A DNA stretch of 64,000 nucleotides from the human T2T-CHM13v2.0 reference genome, Homo sapiens, in assembly GCF_009914755.1 (NCBI RefSeq), contig NC_060937.1, one strand, 5' to 3'. Positions 28,763 through 41,070 of this stretch are shown piece after piece. The stretch's first letter is position 1, and each line of letters starts with the position of its first letter. A program made the position numbers and the translations under genes. A model generated the notes under the pieces. That model was not told where the DNA came from and did not search any database. It saw only the letters and a list, made by a program, of their open reading frames with translations.

Positions 28763-29384
28763 TCTTTATCATTAAATGTTTATATATTTGAGAATATTTG
28801 AATATACATATAACTATATCTGCTAAAAATATGGTACAATAATACATTTTAATGGCTTTTTCGGAAGGCAACTCAGAATTAAATATTTTTGACCTTAAAA
28901 TGTTCCTACCCTTTATGTAAGTAATTATGGTTACATGACAATAACTTTAATAAGCAATCAGATTTACCTATACACTTAAGTCAAGTACTTATACACTATG
29001 ATATTTATTAAGCATCATTCATTTTTACAGGGAAACTGGAAAATAAAAATAAATATCTTAAGGACATGATAATAGTTAAATATGGTATACCTATTTATGG
29101 GACTATTATATAGAATAAACTATTGTATCATATTTTAAATATTTTATAACTTTTTTATTTGCATGACCACATGTGAAATATAAGAAAAGCAGGATACAAA
29201 AATGTAAACACAGCATTATTTTAAACTAAGTATATATGTATTATATTAGTTTATACCACATTATATATTTATTCCAAGTTGCCCCTGCTGAGGACAATGG
29301 TTTATAGAAGCCACGATCCAACATAAACCCAGCTCTTGCAGACACCACAGTCCTATGCTATACACTTATGTTAAAAGTGGTTAT

Positions 29385-29788
29385 TTATAATTTAGAACAT
29401 GCCATGTTTGGTGTTCTGTTCCTGTGTTAATTTACTGAGGATAATGATTTTCAGCTCTATCCATGTCCTTGCAAAGGACATGATCTTGTTCCTTTTTACA
29501 GCTGCATAGTATTCTGTGGGGAGCTGAACCATATGAACCCATAGACAGGGAGTGAAACAACACACTGGGACCTGTCAGAAGTGGGTGAGGGGAGGGAAAG
29601 CATCAGGAAAAATAGCTAGTGCATGCTGGGCTTAATACCTAGGTAATGGGTTGAGTTGATAGGTGCAGCAAATCACCATGGCACATGTTTACCTATGTAA
29701 CAAACTTGCACATCCTACACATGTACTCTGGAACTTAATTTTTTTAAAAAATAAATAAAAAATTAAAAATAGATAAAATTGAATTTTA
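29385..29788 (+). mobile_element. L1PA10-13-type 3' end with 5' inversion (twin priming)
   Basis: Antisense block 29385-29515 then sense block from 29516 to the tail; TSD aaaagTggttatt (29373-29385) / aaaagAggttatt (29789-29801). Confidence 0.85.
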
Positions 29789-30705
29789 AAAAGAGGTTAT
29801 TCATTGGTGATAGGATTATGTGTAATATTCACTTCTTCTATATTGATGGACTTTCTTAATTTTATAAATGTAGTATATACTATTTCTAAAGAAACAATCA
29901 TTTTTAAGGTAAACATAGAAAACATGTCAGAGAGCACTGTTGCAGTTGGATTTTTGCTTCAGTAATAAGTAATGCAGGATACTGGAAAACAGACAGGGAG
30001 AAACTAATGGAAATAGCCTTGGATTTGTTGATGAAACTTCACCATGGAACACCATTTCATGTTACCTCTCTAAAGTTGTCCTTCCAATTGACTAGTAACT
30101 TGTAGCTTGGGCTATTTTGTATGAGAAAGCTGGGTTTATGATGGACTCTAGCTTCTTTAAATCATCATCCCCAGTCAGGGCAGGTAGGAATTAATACATA
30201 AAAAAGCATAAACTGATATAAAAGAATACTGGCAATGTAGAATTTTACTTGAGCCTTGTGATTCTGGAAAACAGCAAAGGTTAATAACGTTCTCCCTATT
30301 TCACTACTCCTCATCCCTCTATTGAAATAGATTTTTCCCCACTCTTGGAATAATCCTTTCAAATAATGTCTTTTACTAAGTTTTGGTTGGGTTTGTTTTC
30401 TGTGTGATGACAAGATTGAAAAATAGTTGTTACTCAAGGAGTTAGCTACAAATTGTTATATTTATTCTTTTCAGCTATCTAATTTCAACATTTGTCACAA
30501 AACATTAATTTATCCTTAAATATGCTTTACTTAAAGCTTTTGAAATTTGGTTAAAACAATAACTGACAAACAATCACTACTTTATGTTTTCAAATTTATT
30601 CTAATACATACATTGTTTTAAAAATTAACTAGAGAAAGTAAAAAAATTAGCAAATTGATTTACCACTTAAATTTCCATCATAAAGTTAAAATACAAGTTA
30701 GTATT

Positions 30706-31069
30706 TGACATAGTTTGGCTGTGTCCCCACCCAAATCTCATACTGAATTTTAGTCACCATAATCCCCACACATCAGCGGAGGGACCCGGTGGAGATAATT
30801 GAATCATGGGGGCGATTTCCCCCATCCTGTTCTCATGATAGTGAGTTAGTTCTCACTAGATCTGATAATTCTATAAAGGGCAGTTCCTCTGCACACACTC
30901 TCTTGCTTGCCGCCATATAAGCTGTGCCTTTGCTTCTCCTTTACCTTCTGCCATGATTGTGAGGCCTCCCTGGCCATGTGGAACTGTGAGTCCATTAAAC
31001 TTCTTTTACTTTATAAATTACCTAGTATCAGGCATGTCTTTATTAGCAGCATGAGAATGAACTAATACA
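30706..31069 (+). mobile_element. THE1B-type solo LTR
   Basis: tgacatagtttggctgtgtccccacccaaatctc...actaataca; perfect 5-bp TSD GTATT. Confidence 0.93.
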
Positions 31070-31236
31070 GTATTTTATAAAGTTTGCTTTATATTCCATG
31101 GATATATGAGAAAGTAAGGAAAAAATTTAACTCTATATTGGCAAATGTTTTGATGTAAATTTTTTATTTCTTAAGATATTTTGGAATATTTAAAATTTAG
31201 AAGTTGTGTCACATTCATTTGACTTTTGCCCAGATT

Positions 31237-31351
31237 ATATACATATATATACACACACCACATATATATATATACACACACACATATACACACATACACA
31301 CACACACATATATATATGGATATATATATATATCCATATATATATATATAT
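31237..31351. repeat. Compound (TA)n/(CA)n microsatellite
   Basis: Direct reading. Confidence 0.9.
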
Positions 31352-31699
31352 GGAAGGGAATGTGCTATAGGGAATTTTAAAAATGAATTACACATGACGC
31401 CTGTCTTGGAGGAGCTGATACAATGTTGGGAGACATAAACTTACTTAAACCTCTCATTATAATGGAAAGAGGAACAAGTAAATATACTACTAAATAATAG
31501 GTGTTTTGAGGCCAGTAAGAACAAATTTACTTATGAGAAAACTAAATGTTAAAGCTAGCTCACAAAATGTTATCTCTCTAAGACTAAGTCTCCTCATCTG
31601 TACAATGGGTAAAATAAGACAGTGAAAGTGAGGTATGAGGCACCTAATAGAGTGTGGCCCCACATTGTTACAATGTGATAGGTATACTATTGGAATACT

Positions 31700-32340
31700 A
31701 AAATAAAATGCTATAGGGCACAGTGGAAAATGCAATTAATTTTGTCTGAGAAAGCTTAATAAAGAGATTATATTAAATCTGAACCATGAAGGTTCAGATG
31801 AATATAAAATCACCAGACAAGAAAAGGGAGGAAGAGCAACACATAAATAGTGCTGTTAAAGCACTTGTCAGACTTAAGAATACAGATATGGCAGAGAAAG
31901 GTGGAAGGCTATGGGAAGGTGAAGCCAGTGGAAAGGTGTGCTGAACCAGGAGGTGAAGTGTCTATTATGACATAGCTGGGCCTTCTTGTGTGTTGAAAAT
32001 GGGAATTCACCTTATGTTAGAAGGCACATTCTGTACTTTAGAAATGTAACCTTACTAACTTGGGAGTAGGTAGACTGAAGGAGAGAAAGGATAGAATAGA
32101 TATTAGGGGTGTATTACAATTGCCTGGGCAAGAGATATTTAAAGCATAGAGCAAGTCAATACTAGTAAAACACAAGGAAAAAGGAGATCAGTAGGTATTT
32201 AGCAATTAAATGTAAGTAAAAAATGCTTTCTAGGTACAGGTGAAAAGACTTTAGCTGTTTTGTTTTGAGATGCTTTTGAAACATCCAGATGGAGGTATCT
32301 TATTTGTAGTTTGTGATAAGTGAAAATATGACCTTCTGAC
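31700..32340 (-). mobile_element. L2 relic (more at ~33550-33900)
   Basis: Purine-rich decayed L2 pattern, e.g. ttttgagatgcttttgaaacatccagatggagg. Confidence 0.5.
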
Positions 32341-32348
32341 TGCTTAGC

Positions 32349-32973
32349 TGTTAGGGGATAACTGAAAATTGAAAAATAAACCATGACCTGTACAACGCAC
32401 CCTGACTTTCAAAGTAAATTAACCAAATAAAACAAAAACATAATAGCTTTCATAAAATATCTAAACTGCTTCTTAAAAAATACCAATTCATTCAGAGCCA
32501 GATGGTCCAAAATATTCACAGACAAATTAGTCTAAAATTCACTATGTACAAATGCATGGATTCTGACAAACTGAATATGAAAATGGACAGTGGTCAAGTC
32601 ATGAATGACTATAGAATGTTAACTCACAAATTCTGCAGCAATCAGCCAAAAATGGTCACTGACTGCCAGCTTCCACAATTTTTGTCCGTACCTCCAAGCA
32701 GAGAAAGACAAATATGTTTCCCAAACCAATCATAAAGAATGTCTCACTTCCAGTTACTCTGCCTCTAGCGTTCCCCTGAAAACAATCTCCAATCACAGAA
32801 CATCTTAAGCCTCCCCCTTCCTATTTTCAAAAGTTTAAAGAAACGCCTTCCCATTTCCCTGCCTATCTCTGAGTCTCCGCAAAACTCAAGTGATGGTGAC
32901 TGACTCCCTTGTTATAACAAGTTTTGAAAAAACAATCTTTGTTGTTCTCATTTGAGTGGTCTTTATGACTACA
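32349..32973 (+). mobile_element. Old ERV1 solo LTR (MER90/MER110-like)
   Basis: TG start, two CCAAT boxes (aaccaatca, tccaatca), 3' end tgatggtgactgactcccttgttataacaag...tttgagtggtctt..aca. Confidence 0.55.
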
Positions 32974-33294
32974 GGTTTAAAGGAAAGAACACTGACTTCT
33001 GTGATTGGAAATTCTAAACCATACATTTCAATACTCTCCTATAACCCTCTAGCACAAAAACAAAGTATCCTTTCCTAACTTTCCTCCTAGTAAGAGGCCC
33101 CACGGGTACTACATTACGGGTTTTTGCTTGTTAAAGCAATGAATATATCTAACTTTGTTGACAATACCTGTGTTCCTGATAGTATTTGTCCGATGGGCAT
33201 CAACAGTCGAATTAGTTCTATGGAAGAAAATAGAGATATTGGGTGAGAAGGTAAATAGCATAAAGAAGTCAAATGTAGGGATTATTTTAGAAAG

Positions 33295-33520
33295 TTTAGT
33301 TAACATTTCTTGAGTGTTTAGTATGTGTCAGGTGGTATAAAATATCCTTTCTATATATTATCTCATTTAATCACCAAAACCACCCAATGACTGTGGCTCA
33401 CTACTCTCATTTACATATATGGAAAATGAGAATCCAAAAAGTTTAAGGTACCTAGAAGTTATGAACAAATAGTAATACAGGTGGCTTTTGCACAAGGATT
33501 ATCAGACTCCATAGAATCTA
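33295..33520 (-). mobile_element. MIR
   Basis: ttgagtgtttagtatgtgtcagg...tctcatttaatcacc...cattttacatatatggaaaatgag. Confidence 0.65.
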
Positions 33521-34371
33521 TCCTAAAGACCAAAATGCTTCAGAAAGTCAAAATAAAATGAAATCTGAAAAAAGAACACCTTCTAGTCAGCTGTAGGTCA
33601 TCAATAAATTTGGTGAGAGTAGTATCAGAAGTATGGTGGTGGCTGAGACCCGGCTGCTGTGGGGGACCCAAGGGAAATGAGAAAGTGAAAGTTACGGATA
33701 CTAATTAACCTCTCAAGATATCTGGTCAGACAGTAAAAGAAAATGGTGTCTTGATAAGAGACATGACTATAGTTAGTAATTACTGGGTGAGAGGTAACTG
33801 AAGATGATTATAAGTAGAAAAATAATGGAACCAGTCAAAATGGAGTAACTGAAGATACTCCTTAACAAAATGAAAGTGTTACATTATTAGAGAGATGGTT
33901 TGAAAAAGCCTGTGGAGCAAGGAGGAGTCAACAATTAATAACAGAGTTTTAGTATTTACTCTTGTTAAATAGGAACAAAGCTTAGTCCTTTGTGTGGAAA
34001 TTTAATTTTTGGAAATACCAAAATACCAGTAGTCAATTTTGGTAAATACGTTTGATGATTTTTATGAATATTATCATTCGAAGTTCAAATCAGATATGAT
34101 AATAATATTATGATATATGTTACCTTAAGTGATTTTTAATCTTCAGAAGTCCCAGATATTTTTAGTATTTTTACCATTATAGGAGCACTATATACAGTTT
34201 CCTAACAAGTGAACAATTAATGTTGATATATAAATTCAAATATATCCACATGCATATATTTAGCAGAAGACTTCAGGAATATTCATGTCACAAGATGCTA
34301 AGTAATATAAAATTATATTTATTAATATAAATATATACTGTATATGTAAAATGTATCTTATTTATATGTAT

Positions 34372-34373
<2 letters not shown>

Positions 34374-34404
<31 letters not shown>
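34374..34404. repeat. (TG)n microsatellite
   Basis: Direct reading. Confidence 0.95.
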
Positions 34405-34406
<2 letters not shown>

Positions 34407-35691
34407 CTCCCAAGACAAAGAACGTTGCATTTATCTTCGTGTAAAGTTGTAACCATTGCAAAGCCATATCTTGAGCCTTGAAATCTTGATATTTAACTTA
34501 CTTGTGTTTTTTAAAATGAGCAAATACAAATTCTAACATTATTAATATCACTATTTCAACCTACAAATCTATACTGTATAAAGGCTGATGGGGTATGACA
34601 AACTGAGATCCAACCTTTTTCTATAAGATCTAGGTGATTATTTTCTTTTTGAAATAGAGACATCAGCATAATGACGTCTGCTTCAAGTTTTCTCGGTTAG
34701 GGGGGAATTTGAGTTTCAATCTTTTTGACATTCTTTACAAAATCTCTTGTGCTCATCAAATAGCAGCATTTGTAGGATGTCTAGAATGTGTAAAATTTGA
34801 GCAATGATAATTAGAATCTGAAAGGGAAAGTCACCTTTAAAAAAAACAAAAATAATGAGAAAACGTTTTCCTTTTTCATGGCCCAGACCTGATTCTGTTT
34901 ATACATTCATTGTGAGTATTTATTGTTATTGAACTAAAAAAGCTTACTGCTGATTGAGTTTTTCCTCTCATCTTATTGATTGTAAGGAAAACTTAAAATG
35001 ACTACTAGGCTGCCAAAAAGTCTTTATTGTTAACTATAATTTGTTAGCATAATAAACTATGAATATTGCAAGCTCCAATTTCCAAAATAAGCATAAAAGA
35101 TGACTGAATACAAAAAGGCAACTAAATAGAATGATACACTGCACTGATAATTGGAGAAAACACTCTGTTTGAAATGTATTCACTTCAGAATGAGAATAAA
35201 ATCTTACAAAAGTAGACTGCTTCAGTTTCAAAGGAAATGATTTCAATGGAGCACTTCATATCATAAAACCACCTTGGAATGTACCCCTTATGTCATTCTA
35301 AAGTGTCTGATGCATGCTCCAGTCAAAATAACAACTATTTACAGATACTGCCATAGGCCATTTACCCTGCTAAAGAGTTTGATCTCCTTCAAGAGTTTTA
35401 CATGTCACTCTTATTAACACTTATTTTTTAAATCAATCTCTTTGTACCTATTAGTCAGAGGTATGATGTGGTGAAAAAAAAACGCAGCCATAAGCAGCAA
35501 CAATAAAACTTGTTTTGTGTGTTAGCATGCTGAAACAACCAAAATAAATCCACTATAAATGTTTTTGCCAAGATAAAAAAAAACCCAATTGTTACAAAAT
35601 TTATTTTGTGTTTGCAAAATATATTCCTTACTTTGTTGAATCTTATTTTTCAAATGCTATCGTGTGATTTTCAAATAATTTCAGATTTGTA

Positions 35692-35736
35692 GATGATGAT
35701 GATGATGATGATGCTGCTGCTGATGCTGATGCTGAT
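35692..35736. repeat. (GAT)7(GCT)3(GATGCT)2 compound trinucleotide repeat
   Basis: Direct reading. Confidence 0.9.
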
Positions 35737-37454
35737 TTGAGATTTAGTATCATACATAGAGGAGGAATAAAAACTGCATTGGCTTTGGTGACAGCTCCCA
35801 TATGTGAGCTCTAAAAATCCTTGGAGAGCTAACAAACTTTTTTTTGAATGTTAAATATGAGGATCTCAGGGTGCCACCATTCTCTACAGCCCAGTCTTTT
35901 AGTGGTAACGTACCACGACGGTAGGAAATAATGTATCCAGAGATGATTATCCCTGGACCTCAAACTTTTCTATGATGATAGAAAACATTTTTTGTTTTAA
36001 TGCATATTATATCTCTAGTAAATAATGCACCATGCTTACTAGAAGAGAATGTCCCTAAATTATGAAAATCACAGTTAGTGAATTCCTTTAATTATATATT
36101 TCCACATAGTTGATTTTATTAAAATTTTCATTTATGAAGGGAAGATTTACAGCAGAAGATGCAGATATAAAAACTTTAGGCAAGTACATCAAGATGCATT
36201 AATAATTTTAAAAATAATCAATGTAGTAATAATAAACCTATTTTTATAAATCAGACCAGAAAAATTTGGCTAATTTTCTCAAACTCACACAGCTAACAGG
36301 TAAAAGGATTTAAGACAAGGACAAATGTAGGAAATTTTAAAATTTATCTTTGGCTATTTTCTTTCCTTCACTTTTTACCTCCCTTCCCAAATTATTCTGG
36401 TCACAGTAACGAAAATGTGGGTTAATACAATTGCATTATTATTTTTGCCACTTTATAGCTCAAATATGATTTTGTGCACCCCAAATCCTGAAACCAAAGT
36501 ACCGTTTCATGAGAAAATGTGTCTTGAATTCTGAACAATCAATATGCAAACACTTATTGGTCACAGTTCATAGATATGACATGCTATATGCTCTGATTAA
36601 AAGATAGACCCAATATAAAATGTTCAATAAGGGAAATGAAATAACCCTGAAAATTACATCATTTAAGAGTGAGTCATCAGCAGGTGTGTTTCACAGGGAA
36701 TGGATTTTAAGGCTTTCAGCTATAACTTGTTTTATGGCAAGTTGTTAATACTATAAGCATATCAGAGACAATATGATGTTGTCATGAATAAAATCTTAGC
36801 AGAATCTTAGCATTCAAATTTCCTGTTCTAAAGCCAGTAAGGAAGATATTTTTCTTTAAAGTATACTAAAGAAAAAGGAGACAGTAAAACTACTTAAGCA
36901 GAGAGTAAAAGAATGTTGAAATAAAAGAATACAGATAATGCTTTTGACATAGGGCAGGTATAATCTATTCTAATTTCAAACAATACTCTTTAACTACAAT
37001 TTATAATTTCACCTAAGATGATTGAATTTATTCTTACATATATTTAGTTTGGCTACAGAATTATGTCTGGAGTCACTCAAATCTCACACAAAAAAACACA
37101 CATTAAGTCTGATGCAAATAATTAAGTTTTTAAACATATAATATTTGATAAGTTTTCTGAGAATAAATTGTGTCACATGTAAATTTCTTCAAGTTAAACT
37201 ATTTCAGATTTTATTTGGATAAGTTTCTCCAAATGTTTCTGTAAGTATATCTGCTAATTTCTGGAAACAAAATAAAAAATAAAGAAACATGATTTACTAT
37301 GAGTTGATAATACAATATAAATTATAATTTGGATTATATAAAGCTATCGATTATCAAAATGACTAACATTTGAAAATAATATACTCTTTCATTTATAGAT
37401 ACCCACGGACTATGCTCTCATATATTTACACTCTTGACATATTATTTTAATAAA

Positions 37455-38206
37455 ATAATAATTAATAATTGTATTTACTATGTGTATTTAAGGTATACAA
37501 CATGATGTTATGAGATACATATATATAGTAAAATGGTTAACTATAGTAAACAAATTTACATATTTATCATCTCACGTAGCTACCCATTTCCCCTGTGGCA
37601 AGAGCAGCTACAATTAACTCATTTAGCAAAAATCCTGAATACAATACACTGTTATTAAATATAGTCCTTATGTTTTGGATTACATCTCTTGGGTATAATA
37701 CTCAGAAGGAATAAAATCACCACCTCATGAATATAACTGTATACCCATGTTCATTGCAGCATTATTCACAATAGCAAGATATGGAATCAACCTAGATGTC
37801 CATCAATGGATAAATGGATAAAGAAACTTCTGTACATTAGGAAATATTATGCACATACATATATATGTGTGTCAATATGACAATATATAATGCATATATA
37901 TGTATGTCAATGTAATATTATTCAGACTTAAAAAAGAAGAAAAGAAGATTCTGCTACAGGCCACAATATGAATAGACCTGGAAGACATTATGCTAAGAGA
38001 AATAAGTGAGACTCAGAAAATATTACAAAAGCCCACATATATGCAGAATCTAAAGGAAAAATTAAGTTAAATACATAGAAATAGAGAACACAGTGGTTGT
38101 GTACCACGGTTGGGGTGGTGGAGACGAAGGCAATGGAATGGAGGTCAAAGATTACAAAGTAGCAGATATGAAGAATGAACAATTCTAAATATCTAATGTA
38201 TGACAT
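37455..38206 (-). mobile_element. L1MA8/9-type 3' end with 5' inversion
   Basis: 37470-37689 is the L1 3' terminus on the minus strand; 37690-38206 is upstream L1 sequence on the plus strand ending atctaatgtatgacat. Confidence 0.75.
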
Positions 38207-39387
38207 TTATTTTATACTTTTATCCCTTAAAATTAGGGACTCTCATAACAGATTTAATTAATATCAAAACAATAAAGTAATCATATACATATTTAAGTAA
38301 TAGATTGACAAATTATTGACAAAATGATTGCTAACTGTTTAAATATCAGAGTCAATTTTTCAAATTACATATTGAACAACAGGTAGGTTTTAATAACAAA
38401 AGCAGTCAGGAGTCAAATGAAATAGAACTGTGGAACTGGTAATTGCAATTTTACCTAAAATAAATAAAGTTAATGTTACATAAAGAAGGAACTGTTTTTT
38501 AAACTGCTATGAAGAGATTCCATCCCCTACTTTTTTCTAATGACTTGTTGAATATATTCTCATTAATGCTATCTGTAGCCTAGATGTTGTAAATATTTAG
38601 GCTTTAGCCAGAAGTATTCCATTCAGTAGGCCTCCAAAATTCAGCAAGAATATGATATTGATAAATTTAAAATGTAGTAGTTTTCTTATATGTAAAAACT
38701 TGACATATATTTTAATTTCACTATTCAAAAGTATTTATAATTGTAATTATCATATATTGATCCATGACTAGAATGCTTGTGAAAGTCACATATATGGAGA
38801 ATGGCAGGACATCATTGCAGTTTCAAAGAAAAGTTTCAACTAACTATTTCTGGAAGACTCAAGAGAATGCCCCAGAAAACAGCCTATTTATCTACAATGT
38901 GATACGTAGTGTTTTTCTCCTGTCTGGTTCTATCTTTTTGTTTTGATATCTGATTCTGAAACTTTAGATACATACAAAGTCAGGTTATTATGTCAAGTTT
39001 ATGAATTGTCTGCAGTTTTGTCTCCTGATAATACTACCAAAATGTCACTGTGTTGAAGTGTAGAAATAGGACAACTCTGTGATCAGGCTTCTGAGCTCTG
39101 CCAACTAGTATCATTCAAGCAGCTAGTCAGTTGACATCCTCACTGGGGTCATGCTATTTTTTTCCATGCAAGTACAGAGGCATTTTTGCCTTACTTCTAA
39201 TTCACATCTTTGACTCTGAAGGATGTTTTAGAATCTTGCAGAATCGTTGGTGAAACAGTTCTTTCAATTTCATTTGCAGTTCCTTCTCTTTAGGACTCAA
39301 ACAAGAGGCGGCAGGGCCTGAGTCTGAGGTCAGTCCACAAGGAACCATCATGGATTCCAAATGGTCCCAGCCCCCCAACAATACAAA

Positions 39388-40025
39388 TGAAGCGGTGTCA
39401 TTGTCTGGGGTAATACCCAAGGTTCATTGTCTCATGCCAAGGAAATCAAGAATGGGGACACGCAGGTAGTGAGTTTAAGAGTGAAGGTTTAGTAGGCAAA
39501 AGAAAAAGAATAGAGAATAACTGTCCTGCAGAGAGAGAGAAGCACCAGAGTGGGTCTTCCAGTTTCATGATGAAATGCACAAGGTTTTATAGACAAGCTT
39601 GAGGAGGTTGTGTCTGATTTACACAGGGCCTGAGAGATGGATCAGACCAGGTATGAAGTTCGCATAACGTGTAAAGAAGCCAGCCATCTGCCCTAATCTT
39701 TTATTATGCGGATGGGGTCTCTACCCAGCCGGTGCCATGTTGTCTTTTCTTACTGTACATGTGGTTGATAAAGAAAAGAGAAGATGGAGCTGCCATGTTG
39801 AACATCCCTGGCCTCCAGGTATCTGTCTCCTATTGCCACAGCTGTCAGCATTTACCTATGCAAGTTTTTAGCTTGCTTATCTATGTTTGCAACTCAACTT
39901 TATAGGCTGCTCTTTGTTAGAAAAGAAATGATTTGGGGGCTTCTTTTCAATAAAAGGAAAACCTTACCAAGGACTTCCTTACCCTCACTACCTGCCTAAA
40001 TAATTTCTTTTTAACTCCTATAGCA
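39388..40025 (-). mobile_element. LTR9/MER61-family ERV1 LTR
   Basis: Minus strand tgctataggagttaaaaagaaattatttaggcagg...taccccagacaatgacaccgcttca. Confidence 0.8.
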
Positions 40026-40258
40026 CTGAGGCGTTGCTGTGACATTCAGCTTCTGAGCCTTTCCTCCCTCTTCACTTAGTAAAGCCTTTCCCAAGAAGCA
40101 GCTTAGTCTATGATGCAAATAGTTTCCAAATAGACATACCCAACCAGTCTTTTAGACATCTCCAGGCGTGTTGGAACCCTAGGAAAAGCCCTAGTTATGC
40201 TCAAATTTGAACTCTACATTAATGGTTTTATTCAGAGAACACGATTTTATTTGTGAGC

Positions 40259-40756
40259 TGTTAAAGAAAATTTGCATTAAACCATGTTAAATAGTCAAGA
40301 AACACTTTAATCAAGATTATTGGTACAAGGGAGAAAGATTGAACTCAACTCTGCTGAAACAATAGTAGGAGAGTTTTTAAGTGTTGGGGTGAACAAGTGG
40401 AAATGTACTGGGGAGTATTACAAAAAAGTTGGTCAATGTGATTACATCATCTGTGTTTGCTAATTGTCCCTTATAGAAGTTAGGCTCCTACATTCCTACA
40501 GAGACTGAGAGGGCACTATCTTTATTGATAGTTGCATCTCAAAAACATGGCATCAAGGCCCTTGACAAAGACATTCCTGAGTTAAAAAACTGATGAGTTT
40601 GGGAAAAGTTTTACATCTCAAAGAGACAGAAAAATATTTACAATTGTAAGTTTTCTATAGTAAATGCTCTAAGAAAATAGAAATCTGGGTCTGTAGTCAG
40701 GAAGAAACCTGTCTAATGTTTAGTGAAGCTGAGAATTATTGAGGCCGTACTGATCA
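40259..40756 (-). mobile_element. MER67-like ERV1 solo LTR
   Basis: Minus strand ctcagcttcactaaacattagacaggtttcttcctgactacag...; TG..CA termini; TSD gagc/aagc. Confidence 0.7.
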
Positions 40757-40849
40757 AAGCTAGTATCTGGTCTCTCCAAATTTGTTCACCACAGCAACCT
40801 AAAGAGAAGTCTTAAGATTAAAGCAAAAGTAATAGCAATGATAGTGATA

Positions 40850-41070
40850 ATGGAAAGGCTGATTTATTGATTTCTTTGTATTAAGCATTGCACTAAGCTG
40901 TTTACATGGATTCTTTAATGTATTATTTAAAATAAATCATTGAGGTAGTGAGTATTTTAATTCCCATTTTCCAATAGAAATACTGAATTTAAAAAATTCA
41001 TCCACATTCACTAAAACGTAGGTGTCAGAGCCAAGGTTCAAACCCAGGTATTTGATACCAGAGCTAATGG
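40850..41070 (-). mobile_element. MIR
   Basis: cccattttccaatagaaatactga...gtcagagccaaggttcaaacccagg. Confidence 0.65.

Noticed and set aside
35692-35736. Repeat reading QHQHQQQHHHHHHH on the minus strand or poly-D/A on the plus strand
   Set aside because: In-frame stops lie within a few codons on both sides in the minus frame, and the plus strand has no convincing donor; treated as a microsatellite.
39202-39420. 72-aa minus-strand ORF running out of the LTR9 end
   Set aside because: Non-ATG start inside the LTR; no recognisable parent protein, poly(A) or TSD for a processed pseudogene.
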